Source: Azolla caroliniana (Eukaryota; Plantae; Polypodiophyta). Taken from it: 64,000 bases of DNA. Within the stretch, counting starts at the first letter, position 1; each line of letters opens with the position of its first letter. Made by a program: the position numbers and the translations under genes. The notes under the pieces are model-generated. The model was not told the origin of the DNA. It did no database searches and saw only the letters and a list, made by a program, of their open reading frames with translations. This document shows positions 1 through 13,199 of the stretch, one piece after another. The DNA lies in assembly GCA_043228905.1 (NCBI GenBank), contig JBHGNT010000007.1, positions 1,550,001 to 1,614,000 of the forward strand. Direction: 5' to 3'.

Positions 1-162
1 ACAATATTTCTAACACAAATCATCTATGGAAATACGACTTCGTAATCGTCTCATATATATGCAAGAATGGGAGGTAAAGGATACACAATGCAAGGATTCA
101 TCCCACTTCATGTAAATGAAGACAAATAAAACAGAAATATTCTGCTAGTTCACATAGAATAC

Positions 163-3100
163 CTTGCTCTCCTCAGCTATATATGCCATAAACTTTTCGA
201 CTAGTTTTTCACTATCTGTAAGAGCTTTCACCTCTATCTCGTCACTTTCATCAGGGGGCAGGTACACTTCATCTAATCCAAATTCACCTGCAGAGTAAAC
301 ATTAATAGCTTCACAATTTTTTGCTTCTGTGACATTATAAGGTTCAAACAGCATTAAAACATTAGAATGTTCAAACTTTTGATCTGTGCCATATACTACA
401 TACATAGATTGACATTTGTATTCATGGGGTTTCCCATTCGAATTCAAACGAATACGAATACGAATGCATGGTCAAGTATTCGTTTGACAAAAAAAAAGAG
501 TACATTAACTCCCTCCTTTTTAGTTTCCTAGGATATAAAAAAAGGAACTTGACAATAAAAAGCATAAATGTAGAAGTATTCGTTTTATTTTTAATAAATA
601 AATAAAATAAAATAAAGGTTCATTAATTCCTCACTTTTTCTCTCCTAAAATTTATGGATATTTTTATCTGACAATCAAAATGGGACTTCACACTAATCAT
701 ACATATTTCTATAATAAATATATAAACATTCATTTTTTTTAAAATAAATGAATTAAAATAAAGGTTCATAAACTGCCCCCTTTTTTATTTGACGCTAGTG
801 ATAAAGGAGAGTTAATACTAATCATATTTTTATAATCTATTAATGAATGATTGTTCTTTTTTAGTGAATTAAATTTATTTATTTTTTAAATAATTAATTA
901 ATTAATTTTTTGTATATTTATTTTGCAAAACGAATGGTTTTATAATATTCTTAGGGCCATTTCGTATTTTCGAATATTGAGAATATCACAAATATCACGC
1001 ATGTGTCAATCTATGATTACATATATATGTATATAAAGAAATAAAAATACTCTTCGATAACATGTTGAAATAGTTAGATTCTGACCTGTTCCTCCAGATG
1101 TTACAGATGGTATGGTAGAATTGCGCACATGGTAGATTATAATTTTGTCTGTATCTCTACAAAAGTTTCGTAGAGACCATGCAACTGCACGCACAGCCTA
1201 TTTAACAAATAAAAAAGGAACCCTTTTGTTGCTAAACATATAAATGATCATTCTATGAACACTAAGTGCCTAAAGCAAAAAGGATCATTACCTCTTTGCC
1301 TAAATCAATATATAAAAAAACTTTCTTCACCTAAATCAATATTAAAGGATGACTTGTCCCACGACAATATATAGAAAAAATCTCTTTGCCTAAATTAAAT
1401 AGGACAATTCATCTTTCTTGTAGAGTGAATCCGAGGGTAAACTGACCTCCTTAGAATCATCGATGGCTATAACAACCTTTCGAGATGGCTTCGGCAACAA
1501 TAGAGCATCTTCTGGAAGCCTTACAATGATCACTGGGCAGTGTACATTGTGCAGCACATCGTCGCCTACACTTCCAAGTAGCGTTCTGCAATGTACCGCA
1601 GAATGACATACAACATATAAAGCTTCATCATAGACAATAATATAAATTTCACTGAATCTATATATCATTTATCAACATTATACATTTCGATTAGAGCCTA
1701 ATTTGTTATAGCAAACAAGCAATACGAAATTAAATTGTAAGGTTTAATATAAAGTATGCTATGACAAATCTAATATAAGGGCTTATGATTTACGAATTAA
1801 CTTATTAAACACAAATGGGGCATGTGCAAACTGTTAAATGCATTTAGGGTTTACAAAACTCGATAGGCAAACTACCCATGAGAACCTATTATAGGCCATG
1901 TGAAATCTATTATAAGAAGAAATGATATTTGCAATACAGAAAGCTCTCTGAATATATGTATATAAGACCTTTTGATGAAACCAGCCTGGCTACTGCCCAC
2001 AGCAACAATATCTGCACCTAAACGAACACATTCATCAATGATCCAACTGGAAGGTTTCCCTTTCACAACTTCCCCTTCACAGGAAACCTGAGTTGTATAA
2101 CACCATATACAATCTTGATGCTACGATAAATTGAAAAAAACAAAAAACAAATGGAATGCTCCTCTCTATAAACAAAATCCTTCTTTGATCAAGATTCAAC
2201 ACTCACCCCAGCTTCTTGACATTTTGCCAGATATTTGTTGACTAACTCCAGGGCTTCTTCTCTAGCTATTCTTTCAGCATTCTCAGCGGACACTCCAGAA
2301 AGAACTGAAGATCCAAAGTACTCTAAAACAAGTACAAAATACAGCACCATCACAATCTGTAGTTTTTCAAAAGCTAAGGGTATTATATTAATCCATCACA
2401 AAGTAACAGACTGCTAAGCATGATGTGTTTTGCCTTAACAGAATGGCACAGTTTACCATTTAAACTCCTCTATAGAAGCAAAGTAGCCCAAATTGACATC
2501 AACATTGACACATTAAGCATTTATGATATTAATCCATAGTTTTAATTTTAACATAAAGAAACGATTTAACCATTCAAACTTCTGTGGCGTCTAGATGCAA
2601 AATAGCCCAAATTACAATCAAGTATCACAAAGTAAGACAACATAAACCATATCTGATTTTATGCATTTTCTTCTTCATCTTTTCCTTATTCTTCTTCATC
2701 TTAGTTCCGAAAAATGCTACAGATTGCCTAGTCCAAAATCCAACACAGACAGATTCAAACTAATATTTTTTTTAATAAAAACAAAAAGCAAGATATATGA
2801 GCCATATCTAGATTACATCCCTTTTCTTCTTACTTTAACATCAAGGAACAGTTTCAACTGTTTCCAAATCTCTCTACAGAAACTGTAACCCTCAAAAAAC
2901 ACAGCCAGTTGGATTGAAATATTGTTTTCTTCCAAAAAGAAACATGATATGAACCATTAACGATTTCAAGTCAGTATGATTTTTTGCTGGCTTTATAAAA
3001 GAGCAAAACGATTTTTATCTTCCAAATACGTGTACAGGTAAAACACAAAAAAAAATTCGAAATTATCCATTGGAAAAAAAAAACTTCACAAATTCAAAAC

Positions 3101-3619
3101 CCAGTAAAACAACCCTAATTCTCAATCTTGCACATACAGAACGAATCATTCTTCTTTTAACAGAGTTAAGCACGATTAATTATACGTGTCAATAAACCCT
3201 AACTCTAAGAACTACACAATCCCCAGCCTTACAAAGTTACGCAAGATAACGCACATCTGGGTCCGTTTTCCAACATAATTTTTAGCATTTCCTCATCTCT
3301 CTACAGAAAACCTAAGCCAACCCTAACACAAGCAATAAAGAATCAAAATCTCTGTAAAGTAATCCTAGTCCTAACACGATCTTAAATCTACCCCGAATAA
3401 TAACCCTAAATGTAAATTTAACACTGACAGAAAATAGATCCACATACCATTTGGTAAGTCAGCATCAGGAAGCTCAAATTTAGACAAAGGAACAGAGTTT
3501 AAGACGAAAATGTGGTCCGATTTCTTCACGAGGTTGTGAAGAATCCATTGAAACGCCCGATCTGACGCGTCGGAGCTGTCCACTCCCACCACGATCTTGC
3601 GAGAAGAAACTTCTTCCAT
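163..3619 (-). CDS. Tandem universal stress protein A (USP/UspA)-domain protein, spliced, 3'-partial. Exons: 3619-3448, 2322-2207, 2087-1969, 1585-1447, 1197-1086, 287-163; continues off the left edge
   Basis: All introns are GT..AG and the phases join into one frame: MEEVSSRKIVVGVDSSDASDRAFQW...EYFGSS...KYLAKCQEAG/VSCEGEVVKGKPSSWIIDECVRLGADIVAVGSSQAGFIKR/TLLGSVGDDVLHNVHCPVIIVR (typical USP motifs). A second domain follows: RKVVIAIDDSKE/AVRAVAWSLRNF... Confidence 0.9.
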
Positions 3620-3630
3620 TTGGATCGAAA

Positions 3631-3803
3631 TTAGGGTTAGAGATCTGAGAACGAAGAGTATGCAGTTCTCGAAATTCGGTATTAGGATTCAGAGTTTTCC
3701 GAAAATTAGGGTTAAGGATTGGGACACAGGGACAAGGGCACTGTTACTATATGAGAGCTTAAGGATGAAATTTCGGAATTAGGGTTAGGGTTAGGGTTAA
3801 GGG
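3631..3803. promoter_or_regulatory. Telo-box-like (TTAGGG/CCCTAA) motif cluster in the 5' UTR/promoter of the USP gene
   Basis: (TTAGGG)x3 at 3779-3796, further TTAGGGTTA at ~3631 and ~3706, and several AACCCTAA motifs in intron 1. Telo-boxes are known plant promoter/5'UTR elements. Confidence 0.5.
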
Positions 3804-3959
3804 ATTGAATGGAGCGACGGATCGGAAAGGAATGAATGAATGGGGGAAATTGCGGGAATTTTGTTGGGATTTGAAAAAACAGTCACCATAGTTCACATTA
3901 ATTACAAATATGTCCTTTTTGAAAGATTTCTAATGGCATGACAGACCCCACAATAAGGC

Positions 3960-4220
3960 GAGATCTCCTATCGATCCCAGAACAATGTATTAACATGCCC
4001 GATCTAGTAATAGCTCATCGATTGCAGAACAATGTATTAATGTGCCCAATCTCATGTCATGCCAATCCAAGACATATGTATTAATAACGCGCCGATTGTC
4101 GAAACAATGCATTATTGTGCCCTGTCTCATATGCTATCAAATCGTAGAACAATGTATTCATGTGTCCGATCTCATATCTTATCAATAGCAAAACAATCTC
4201 ATTTTGTGTCGATCTCTTGG
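3960..4220. repeat. Degenerate ~45-bp tandem repeat (core GAACAATGTATTAAYRTGCCCGATCT), about 5-6 copies
   Basis: Recurrent units near 3972, 4019, 4094, 4140 and 4182. Confidence 0.55.
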
Positions 4221-5040
4221 GCATCTTATCTATATGTTGATTTGTCTGTTTGTTTATCTATCTATCGACAATTTATGATTCGTAGAATCTGTTTTGTGTT
4301 TTCGATCGCAATACCATGCTTTCTTGTGAATGCCAACCTTGCTCGTTGCCCTAGCCTTAATATAGGCTCGGCTAACACACACGCTTTCCATTACGATAGT
4401 TATCATTTCTATAATAATGTATGATCATGACACTTGCATCATTGATTGTATGGTCTATTTTTCTATCTAATTAGATAGTCAATGAAAAACTTTGTTCTCC
4501 AAATTGTTGATTACCGTGTTCTCTTGGTGGTTTACATCATAGCATCAAAGACATAAAAAATGAGAGGATCAAAGTTTGATCCTTGTCAATGGTATGACCT
4601 CGTCCCTTATTGCAATTGGCCTCTCATGAACACAAACTAAGCTTCTAGTTTGAGTGGTTGAGTCACATTCACTTTCTAGCAATTAAAATTTGCAAATAGT
4701 ATCATTTGTTTCTTGAAATAATTGTTTTAATGATAAATTGGAATCGAAAACCATGTGGCTATCACTCAAGTGTGAAAAGTGTTCGAAAAACAGGACTCGG
4801 CCACAACCGAGATTCAAGTGCAGAATGGGAGTCAAGCAAAACAGGAATGTTGTACACAAGATTTTATCATGGAAAACCCCTAACTGGGTAAAAACCATGG
4901 GAGCTCGAAGACTCCTAATTGATCACTATGAGAAGAAAGTACAAAGTGGACACACAAGCCCCGACCTTGAGTCCGTTTACTTCGTCCACAAGTGGTTACA
5001 ACATAGAAGCTCTGTTACTCCCTCCCTCCCTCCCTCCCTC

Positions 5041-5222
5041 CCTCCCTCTCTTTTTATCGTAATTAGCTTACCCTATTGGTAAGTTGTTACACTATAAGTC
5101 ACTATGTCTTGGGTTCGAAACCTAATTTTACTCACCTCTTTATTATATACTCCATACATACCTCTTAATTCACTAGATGCCACTATGGAATGTGGGGGTT
5201 GAACCCATGACCACCTGGTCTC
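5041..5222 (-). mobile_element. 5'-truncated tRNA-derived SINE-like copy
   Basis: Near-duplicate of 5461-5600, including the B-box GGGTTCAACCCC on the minus strand; flanked by CT-rich microsatellite. Confidence 0.55.
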
Positions 5223-5460
5223 TCTCTCTCTCTCTCTCATTTGGTAAAAGCACACAATATATATTAATTGTATGTAAAATCCACTTAGTTACAACACTTC
5301 TTAGTCTCCTCTACCTATCATATGCCTATGTAGGGAGAGGGACGTGCTGTAATGCTATTAAAAAACCTAAATATGCATTTGATGAAATGAACCCCACATG
5401 CTCTAACATCCAAAAATTCCACATGAGAATACCTTTAAGCTTCTTTATATAGGCTTGCTC

Positions 5461-5632
5461 TCTTTCTCTTTCTCTTTTTATCGTAATTAGCTTACCTAAT
5501 TGGTAAGTTGTTTGAAACCCAATTTTACTCACCTCTCTTACTTCACTAGATGCCAATGTGGAATGTAGGGGTTGAACCCATGACTACCTGGTCTCCATTG
5601 GGCAACCTTACCAACTGAGCTACATCCATCTG
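5461..5632 (-). mobile_element. tRNA-derived SINE-like element inserted in the CT microsatellite of the Copia L LTR
   Basis: Minus strand reads GGATGTAGCTCAGTTGGTAAG (A box)...GGGTTCAACCCC (B box)...CATTCCA, then a ~90-bp body and a GA-rich tail. Confidence 0.65.
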
Positions 5633-5642
5633 GGCAGCCCCT

Positions 5643-5688
<46 letters not shown>

Positions 5689-7025
5689 ATGTCCGTTACA
5701 GAGGCAACGACCTCACCCACACAATACAATGATCACTTAAAATATACACATAAAGTTTGCCCTAGTTATATTTGTACTTAGATAACTTTTAGGCTATTTA
5801 CAAAATTGGCCCAAATAGGCGGACATTAAAACCTATTTACAAATGTGTTCTATTTCCCCGATACCTATCCGGACTCTATCCGGTTCCGGATTGGTGACAT
5901 CTGATCCGGCTCGCATCTCTCCTATCTAGAGCTCGACCCATCTGGAGGGACCTATCTCTCAACAAACTCCCCCTTCACTCCGGAATGGGGATTCATCAGT
6001 CAATCCGACCCGACTTCGACATGCATCTAGTTTCTCCGTCGACAACACCTTTGTCAGCATGTTCGACCCATGCTTCGTTGTGTGCACCTTCACTAAAGCA
6101 AACTCCTTTTCTTCTACCCTCTCCCTGAGCCAATGGTATCTCCGTTGGATGTGCTTGGTCCACGAGGGGTAGTCGACATTCTTCGCAAGGTGGATGACAC
6201 TTTGGTTATCGCGGTAGAGTCGGAATTCCTCTTGCCGAATCCCCAACTCCTTGATGAACTCCATCTAGATTATCTCCTTGCCATCCTTTGTTGCGACCAT
6301 GTACTCCGCTTTCGTGGTCAACAACGCCATGACCTTCTATAGCCTTGATTGCCATGAGATGGCTCCCCCTGCATAAGTCATCAAATACCCGGACGTGGAC
6401 CAGCTAGTATCTACATTAGTCGACATGTCTGAGTTGGTAAAACCTTCCAATAAAGGGTTACCTGAACCGAATCAGAGGCACAAGCTCGAGGTGCCTTTTA
6501 GGTACCGTTGTATCCATTTGACCACTGCCCGATGCTCTTTGCGAGGATTGCTCATGAATCGGCTGACGACTCTGACGTCATATCTTATGCCCAGCCTGGT
6601 ACACACCATGGTGTTCATCAAGCTTCCGACCGTTGAGGCATAGGGTACCTTCATCATCTCAGCTTTCTCCAACTTAGTCTTCGGGCTCTGTCTCCTTAAC
6701 AACGTGTTGTTGGTAAGGAGTGTCGAACCGACCAATTTTGAGCTTTCCATGCCGAATCTTTGGAGCACCCTTGTCACTTATTTTTCTTGTGACAACCACA
6801 CCAACTTCTTTGTTTGGTCCCAGACAATGTGCATCCCCAAAATTTGTCTTGCCGGATCCATATCCTTCATCGAGAATGACTTGCTCAAGGCCTTCTTCAG
6901 CATTCGGATCTTCATATGGTCTCGTCCGACAATCAACATGTCCACGTACAACAGGAGGATGAGGACATCTCCTCCATCAAACTTCTTCCTAAACACCCAA
7001 TGGTTGTCCTGTGTTTTGTGGTGGT

Positions 7026-8835
7026 TGCACAAGATCTCTCTTTATAAGGAAACATTGTTACCTACATTGGTGTAGATGGAGATCAAGAAAGCCTTGTAAG
7101 CAAGCGGTTGAAGCCGGATGAGGACGAAGCATGCTGCTCTATTCCTGCTTCATCTCCACTGTTTAGGAGAGCTGCAAACAAGAAGAGCGAGCTTGTTCAA
7201 AGGTTTAAGGGATTATGAAGATGATCGTGTATCGAACAATACTGACAGCGTTTCTGTTAAAACGGATGGGGAAACTGGACCTATATATGGTCAAAGCCTG
7301 ATTAGCGGCGGTGCTGAAGCAGAAGGTGTAGAGAAATGCCTTGATAAAGAAAGTAGATGGTGGTTAGTAGTAACGAATATCTCTAGATTGGGCAACAATG
7401 TCAATGGGAATGGTGGTGGCGGTTTAAAGCTTTTCAGAGTGGAGATGAAATTAGACAACATTGATAATGAGTTGAGTAACACTGATGAAGAATTAGATGT
7501 TGGCATGGAAGGAGAAGCCCAGAGTGGCAGTTCAACCACTCTTGAGCAACAACAGGTTAATCATCATTTCCAGTAGCATGCAGGTGCAGGTGCAGGTGCA
7601 GGAGGCCATGCCATATTCATGAAGCTTATCGTCGATTAAAGCTAAACGGAAAAGTTCCTCTCCGTTCACGACGTCCACTTTTTCATTAAAAGAGAAACAA
7701 AAATGCGGGACAGGATGGAAAGAACACCATGGTCATCAAGTCTATCACAACAACAGTAGTCAGAACGAGATGATGAGGAAGTTGATGATGTCAAGGCCGA
7801 GGCTGGAGAAAGAGTCGACCGGACAGAGAAACGACCACGGGACAGAGAGATGGTGGTCAGAGCCGGCGGACAAAGACGGCCGATGTCCGACAGCCAGAGG
7901 AAAGACGACCACGGACAACCGGCGGACACAGATGGACAGAGAGACAGCCGATGGATGGAGACGGCCAGTCGTTTGGACAGACAACGGACAGGTGGCTGGT
8001 GAACAGATCCTGTGGTCCTACAGACAATGGCGGCGGACATACTACCGGACAAGCTAAAGAGAAGAGCAAGGAAGCTAAAGAGAAGGCATTGGTAGCTACA
8101 AAATGTGCATGAGAGAAGGGCAATGAATTGGCAGTCAAGAAAGAAAGTAGAAGAAACGAAAACTAAAAAGATAGGGGCAAGTGACAAAATTTCAAACAAA
8201 TCGAGAGATGGCCAGTCGTTTCAAAGACCATAGGGTAGAACATAAAATTTTGAAAACCTAAGGGTAGAACATAAAATTTTAAAAACTTGAGGGTAAAAAC
8301 TAGAATTTCAAAGACCAAGGGATACAAAACATAAAACTCAGCTCACATGAAGAAACCGAAGAATACACATACACGCAACATGATTTTATAACCCATGCAG
8401 TAGTTGACGAGCCAATTGATGTGTGATCCAATCGTGAGATGTGCTGACCGAACGAGACGGTTCGAGTCAAGCAAGCTCCAATCGAAGTTTTTGATCGTCG
8501 AGCTGTGATCCGGCCAAAGGGATTTCCGAACGACAAGATGACCGATGGAGTTCCAATCAATAAGTGTTGTCATGGCAAGTGGGTTCACCGTGCGATGCAT
8601 TGTCCCACAGGCGTGCCATGTGTTACCCGTAGGAGTGTATGGGGCGGTGTAATGGTCAAACGCGATAAAGGGATTGTGGTATATGTGTAATGTATACGAG
8701 TGTGAGTGAGGATAAATATGTGTCTATACAAATGCACATAATTGTGCATGTGTACAAGAATGTAACAGTCATATTATGTAACCGTTACATTATGTACTAT
8801 ATAAACCCCCTATGGGGCATGTAATGAAATATAGA
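7026..8835 (+). mobile_element. Unidentified insertion in the Copia L RT, probably the 3' region plus a partial LTR of another LTR element
   Basis: Interrupts the RT, with ~200 bp of RT lost. Contains ~30-bp tandem repeats (8218-8338), a purine tract followed by TGTAA at ~8648, and TATATAAA at ~8798. Confidence 0.4.
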
Positions 8836-10931
8836 TCCATGATGGCCGCTATGCTCTGCACCATTCAAATGGATGTCATTTTCACTATTGGGGCAAATAT
8901 CTCGTTGAAATCCATTCCCTTATTCTGTTGGAAGACCTTCACGACAATTTGGGCCTTATACCTTGGTGGATTTCCGTTGTCTCCCGGTTTCATCTTGTAC
9001 ACCCACTTGTTTCAGAGTGCCCTCTTTCCTTTTGGCAACTTCGTCAACTCGTATGTGTGGTTCTCATGCAGGGAATCCATCTCATCTTGCATGGCTCTTA
9101 GCCACTCTCTACTATGGGTGTCATTCTTTGCTTCCTCAAAGCTCTCTGGCTCCCGCTCGTCGGTTAGCAACACATATTCTCTATTTGAAAATCTTCAGGG
9201 GTCACGTCCTTCTCTTAGAGGGTATTGTCTTCCTCTGGTTTCTTCAACCAGTTCGCTAAGTCCTTCCTCTTCTCCTTCGGCTTGTTCTTCGTCTAGGTTA
9301 GAGTCGACTACTTCTTCTTCCTCGTCGATTCCGACTTCGTGTCTGACTCCGACTCCTGATCGGTCTTCAACTGACCCGACTCCTTGTCCGAATTCGATCG
9401 GCTCTCCTTGTTCTAAAGTTGGCATTCGGCTCCCGACTCGTTCGAAGGATCTATTCGACTTCTCCTTCTCCCAATCGACAATTGTCTTCTCTTCCATGAA
9501 GACAATGTCTCGGCTCCGAATGACCTTCTTGTCGGCTAAGTCCCATAGCCGATAGCCAAACTCGTCGTCGTCGTATCCCAGAAATATGCATGGCCGAGAT
9601 TTTAGATCTAGTTTTCCTCTTTGGTCCTTAGCCGCATGCACGTAGGCAAGACAACCGAACACCTTCAAGTGTCGGTACGATACATCTTTGCCGGTTCACA
9701 CACTTTGCGGGACATCTCCATCCAAAGGTGCTAAGGGTGATCTATTTATCACATACACCGCCGTCATCAGCGCCTTAGCCCAAAACGTCTTGGACAGCTT
9801 GGCATGTGCCAACATGCTTTAGACCCTCTCCATAATGGTTCATCCTCTCGGCTAGCTCGTTGAGTTCTGAAATTTTCGGCACGGTGTACTCGAGTTGGAT
9901 TCCCTTTGACCGAAAATATTCTTCGAATTGTCCTCAGTACTCTCCTCCACTGTCAGCTCAGACCGCTTTTAGTTGTCGCCTGGTCTCTCGTTCAACTCTC
10001 GCTTGGAACTCTCTGAAAACCGACAACACCTGGTCCTTGGTCTTCAATACGGAAGCCCACAACTTCCAACTACAATCATTAATGAAGGTCACAAAATATT
10101 GTGAATGGGCATTTGACTTAGTGTGGACGTAGCATACGCCAATATGCACGAGTTCCAACGACATTCTCTTTCTTTTCGGGGGCCTGGTTCAAAAGGATGT
10201 TCTGTTTGGCTTGTCGGCCAAACAGTTGGTGCATTTCTCGAGTTGCACATCCTTCACTTCCGGAATGAGGTCGTCATCAGCAAGTCTCTGCATCCCCTTC
10301 TCGCTCATGTGGTACAACCTCTTGTGCCATAGCTCGCTGATAGTTTCGGCAGCCACGTTCACTTCTTCCCAACATATTCGAGCATGCATAAAATACAACG
10401 TGTTGGTTTTCCGAGCTCGATCCACAATCAGGGTTCCTTTGCAGAATTTCATGACACCGTTCTGGATGCTACCTATGTAGCCTTCATCATCCAGCCGACC
10501 GGCCGATATCAGATTCAATCAGATCTTTAGTTGTGTCAAACATCGTTCAACACTAATCTGCACCTGGTCGAGGTTACCAGACACACATCACCTATGCCAA
10601 CAATTCAACATGCTCCTTCATTTCCCATCTTTACAAAATTGTGGTCTCCAACCTTGTATGATGAGAAGCACTTCTGGTCGGGGGTTAGGTGAAACGATGC
10701 ACCCGAGTCGACCACCCATGTCGATTCGTCATCGAAAAGATTCCTTTCGTTCTACTCACTAATCAACAACAAATCCTCCTCACTTGTCGTGATTGCTGAC
10801 ATGTTCCTGCTTGTACACCGACGGATCTTCTTCAATTGTACACCGTCGACTCCCCCTTTTTCCTTTTGGAAGTGTCAACAATTCTTTTGGAAGTGCCCCG
10901 ACTTCCCACAATAGAAGCACGTGGGCCTTCT

Positions 10932-11307
10932 TGTTGAGCGGACAAGCTCAACTGGATCCGGATGGGAGTCCGGAACCAGGAGCCGGATCGGATTGTAACC
11001 GATAGGCCATTAGAGACCTACGAATCTAGCCTAGTGCGTAGGCATATTTTTAGGAGTCAGTGTCAATAGCTCGTATGAGCATTAAAGTACTTGTCAGTAC
11101 TTCTGTCAGTCCTTTTAAGGACTTGTATAAAAGTGCTCACAACACACATTGTATATACAAAGTGTTACTATCTTGAATTGAGATTATTCTGTTCTGCTCT
11201 CTTTGTCTCTCCCGTGTATTCAAGCTTTCCATTAAACCTCCATTCTGTGTTCTGATGTTATCCGGACTAGCCGGTTTTGTCTAAGCCTCCACACATTATC
11301 TTTTACA
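10932..11307 (+). mobile_element. Solo LTR (Copia H-related) inserted in Copia L gag
   Basis: TGTTGAG...TTTACA termini; flanks CTTCT/CTTCC; similar to the reverse complement of LTR 45488-45907. Confidence 0.8.
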
Positions 11308-13003
11308 CTTCCTTTTGACTTCGACCTCGTCCCTGTCTTCTCCTGATTCTGGGGACTCTGATTCCGGCCTCTTCCATGATTTGTATCACCTTATGTGACT
11401 AAAGCGTTCAGGTTCCTTATTCAGCAAGCTTGACTTCACCTTCTCTAGTGATAAGTGTTTCCTTCTGATCCGGCGAGTCCTAGTGTGACAATGAGTGTCT
11501 CCCACTGCCTGAAAGGGATCCCAACAATAGTAGTGCTAGTACCTCGTCGGTTAGAGGTACTTCTTGAGAGGTGGTTTGGTTGATGAGCCCTTGGAAGGCA
11601 TTAAGATGCTCCGCCATGCTTGAGCTATCTTGATACCGGAGTCTCACAATCTTCCTAAAGACTGAGACCTTGTTGACGTCATTTTTAATCTCGAACATAA
11701 TGATGATATTCTCCCAAAGGGCATTTGCCTTGTTCTCATCATCAACGTTGTTGTATAGACTCATGTCTATAAAACACCTTATGTATGCTGCCGCCTTCAG
11801 ATCCATGACTTCCCAAGTCGATGCATCAATTTTGTTGGGTTTGGTCTTCCCATATTACACCGACAACCACATATCCAATAAAAACTCTCCAAATGAAGAC
11901 CTTTGCTACAAGTGACAATTTAGAATGCCAACTACGTTGTAAGATATGCCACCATCCATGATCAGATTTATGTAATTTCCATTCTTCTTCTACCTTAGAT
12001 GATAACCATCCAAGAGACTCAACAGAGTAATGATACAAAAGATTAATAGTCACTTGTAACAACGACGTTTGACCCCGTAAACACCAATCAATCCACGATT
12101 GTTCTCCTGTTTGTAGTGGTAAGGGACCTTGCATCAATGCAATATTTTGTAGTTGTTGCCAAATAAACCCATAATTAGGCGGGATGTGTAATAATTGTCG
12201 CGCTTTAACAAACTCCAAAATTCTTTGAGATGGAGCCTCAACTATATCTCCCACCTCTTTGACCCCCAAACGAAACAAACAATTAAATTGAGAGCACAAT
12301 CTCTCCTTTCCTAGCCAACATAATAACCGAGAAGACACAAGTAACTCTTTTTGCAAAGAATTACAATGTTCTCTACTAGATGATGGTTTCCATACACATA
12401 ACAAGAGTGCTTCTTGCCATGAAGTAACCAAGTGTTGAACACACCAAGTGTTAACCACATGAAGAGCCCGAAATCCTATTAGTGAAATACATCCATTTAG
12501 TATTTGTCACCATGAAGCCTTACTCGTTGTCCTCCCATGTGTTAAACCCTTGTTCTCAATGAAATATTGAACACGAGATATCCATGGTTGTGAGTTTGAA
12601 CACATGTCTCGTAATAATGAAAATCTACGTGCCATCATATTTATAGATAAGTTCAATATTCCAACTCCCCCCAAGTGCTTAGGGGTTGCTAAATGATTCC
12701 ACACAACCCAAGTGATTCCCATCTTATCCCTCTTCTTCCACAACAAATATCGAAGAGGTTGCAAAATAGAATGCAAAACCTTCTTTGTCCATGACAACAA
12801 TGGCAAGTAATATAATGTCATGGGTTCCATAATACATTGTACAACCTTCAAGCATACATGAAATGGCCAAGATTGTGACTTCCAATACATGAACTTATCC
12901 CTCAACTTACTAGACATCCATTCAATCAATTGACCATTTGTAACATTCATTCCTAATGGATAGCCCAAGTGTCGAAAAATAGAGCATTTCTTTACCACAG
13001 ATC

Positions 13004-13199
13004 CTTGTCATCCCAAACATTCCAAATCCCTTTTAATACATGAAAGAACCATCAGCCAAAGCTTGTGCTACTAGTTGCCCTCTAGACGGAAGGTGTATAC
13101 AGAAGCTTGTCATCCCAAACATTCCAAATCCCTTTCAGTACAAGAAAGAATCATCAACCAAAGCTTGTGCTACTAGTTGCCCTCTAGACGGAAGGTGTA
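13004..13199. repeat. ~103-bp direct duplication inside the LINE RT
   Basis: CTTGTCATCCCAAACATTCCAAATCCC...GCCCTCTAGACGGAAGGTGTA occurs twice (~13004 and ~13107). Confidence 0.75.

Larger units (their letters stand above)
4707..11870 (-). mobile_element. Degenerate Ty1/Copia LTR retrotransposon L (3' LTR ~4707-5964, 5' end deleted)
   Basis: Fragmented gag (11480-11806), GAG-pre-integrase/integrase (9195-10518), RT (LLLYVDM, 6472-7032 and ~8830-9200) and RNaseH (TKHIQRRYHW, 5959-6264). PPT AGGGGGAGTT abuts the LTR start TGTTG at 5964. Left LTR boundary approximate. Confidence 0.85.

Noticed and set aside
3779-3796. Telomere or interstitial telomeric array
   Set aside because: Only three units, in promoter context; similar short motifs occur in the A LTRs (~22897, ~36802)
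5551-5630. Functional tRNA gene (also 22489 and 45087)
   Set aside because: A/B boxes are present but there is no proper anticodon arm, and the motifs are embedded in repeats
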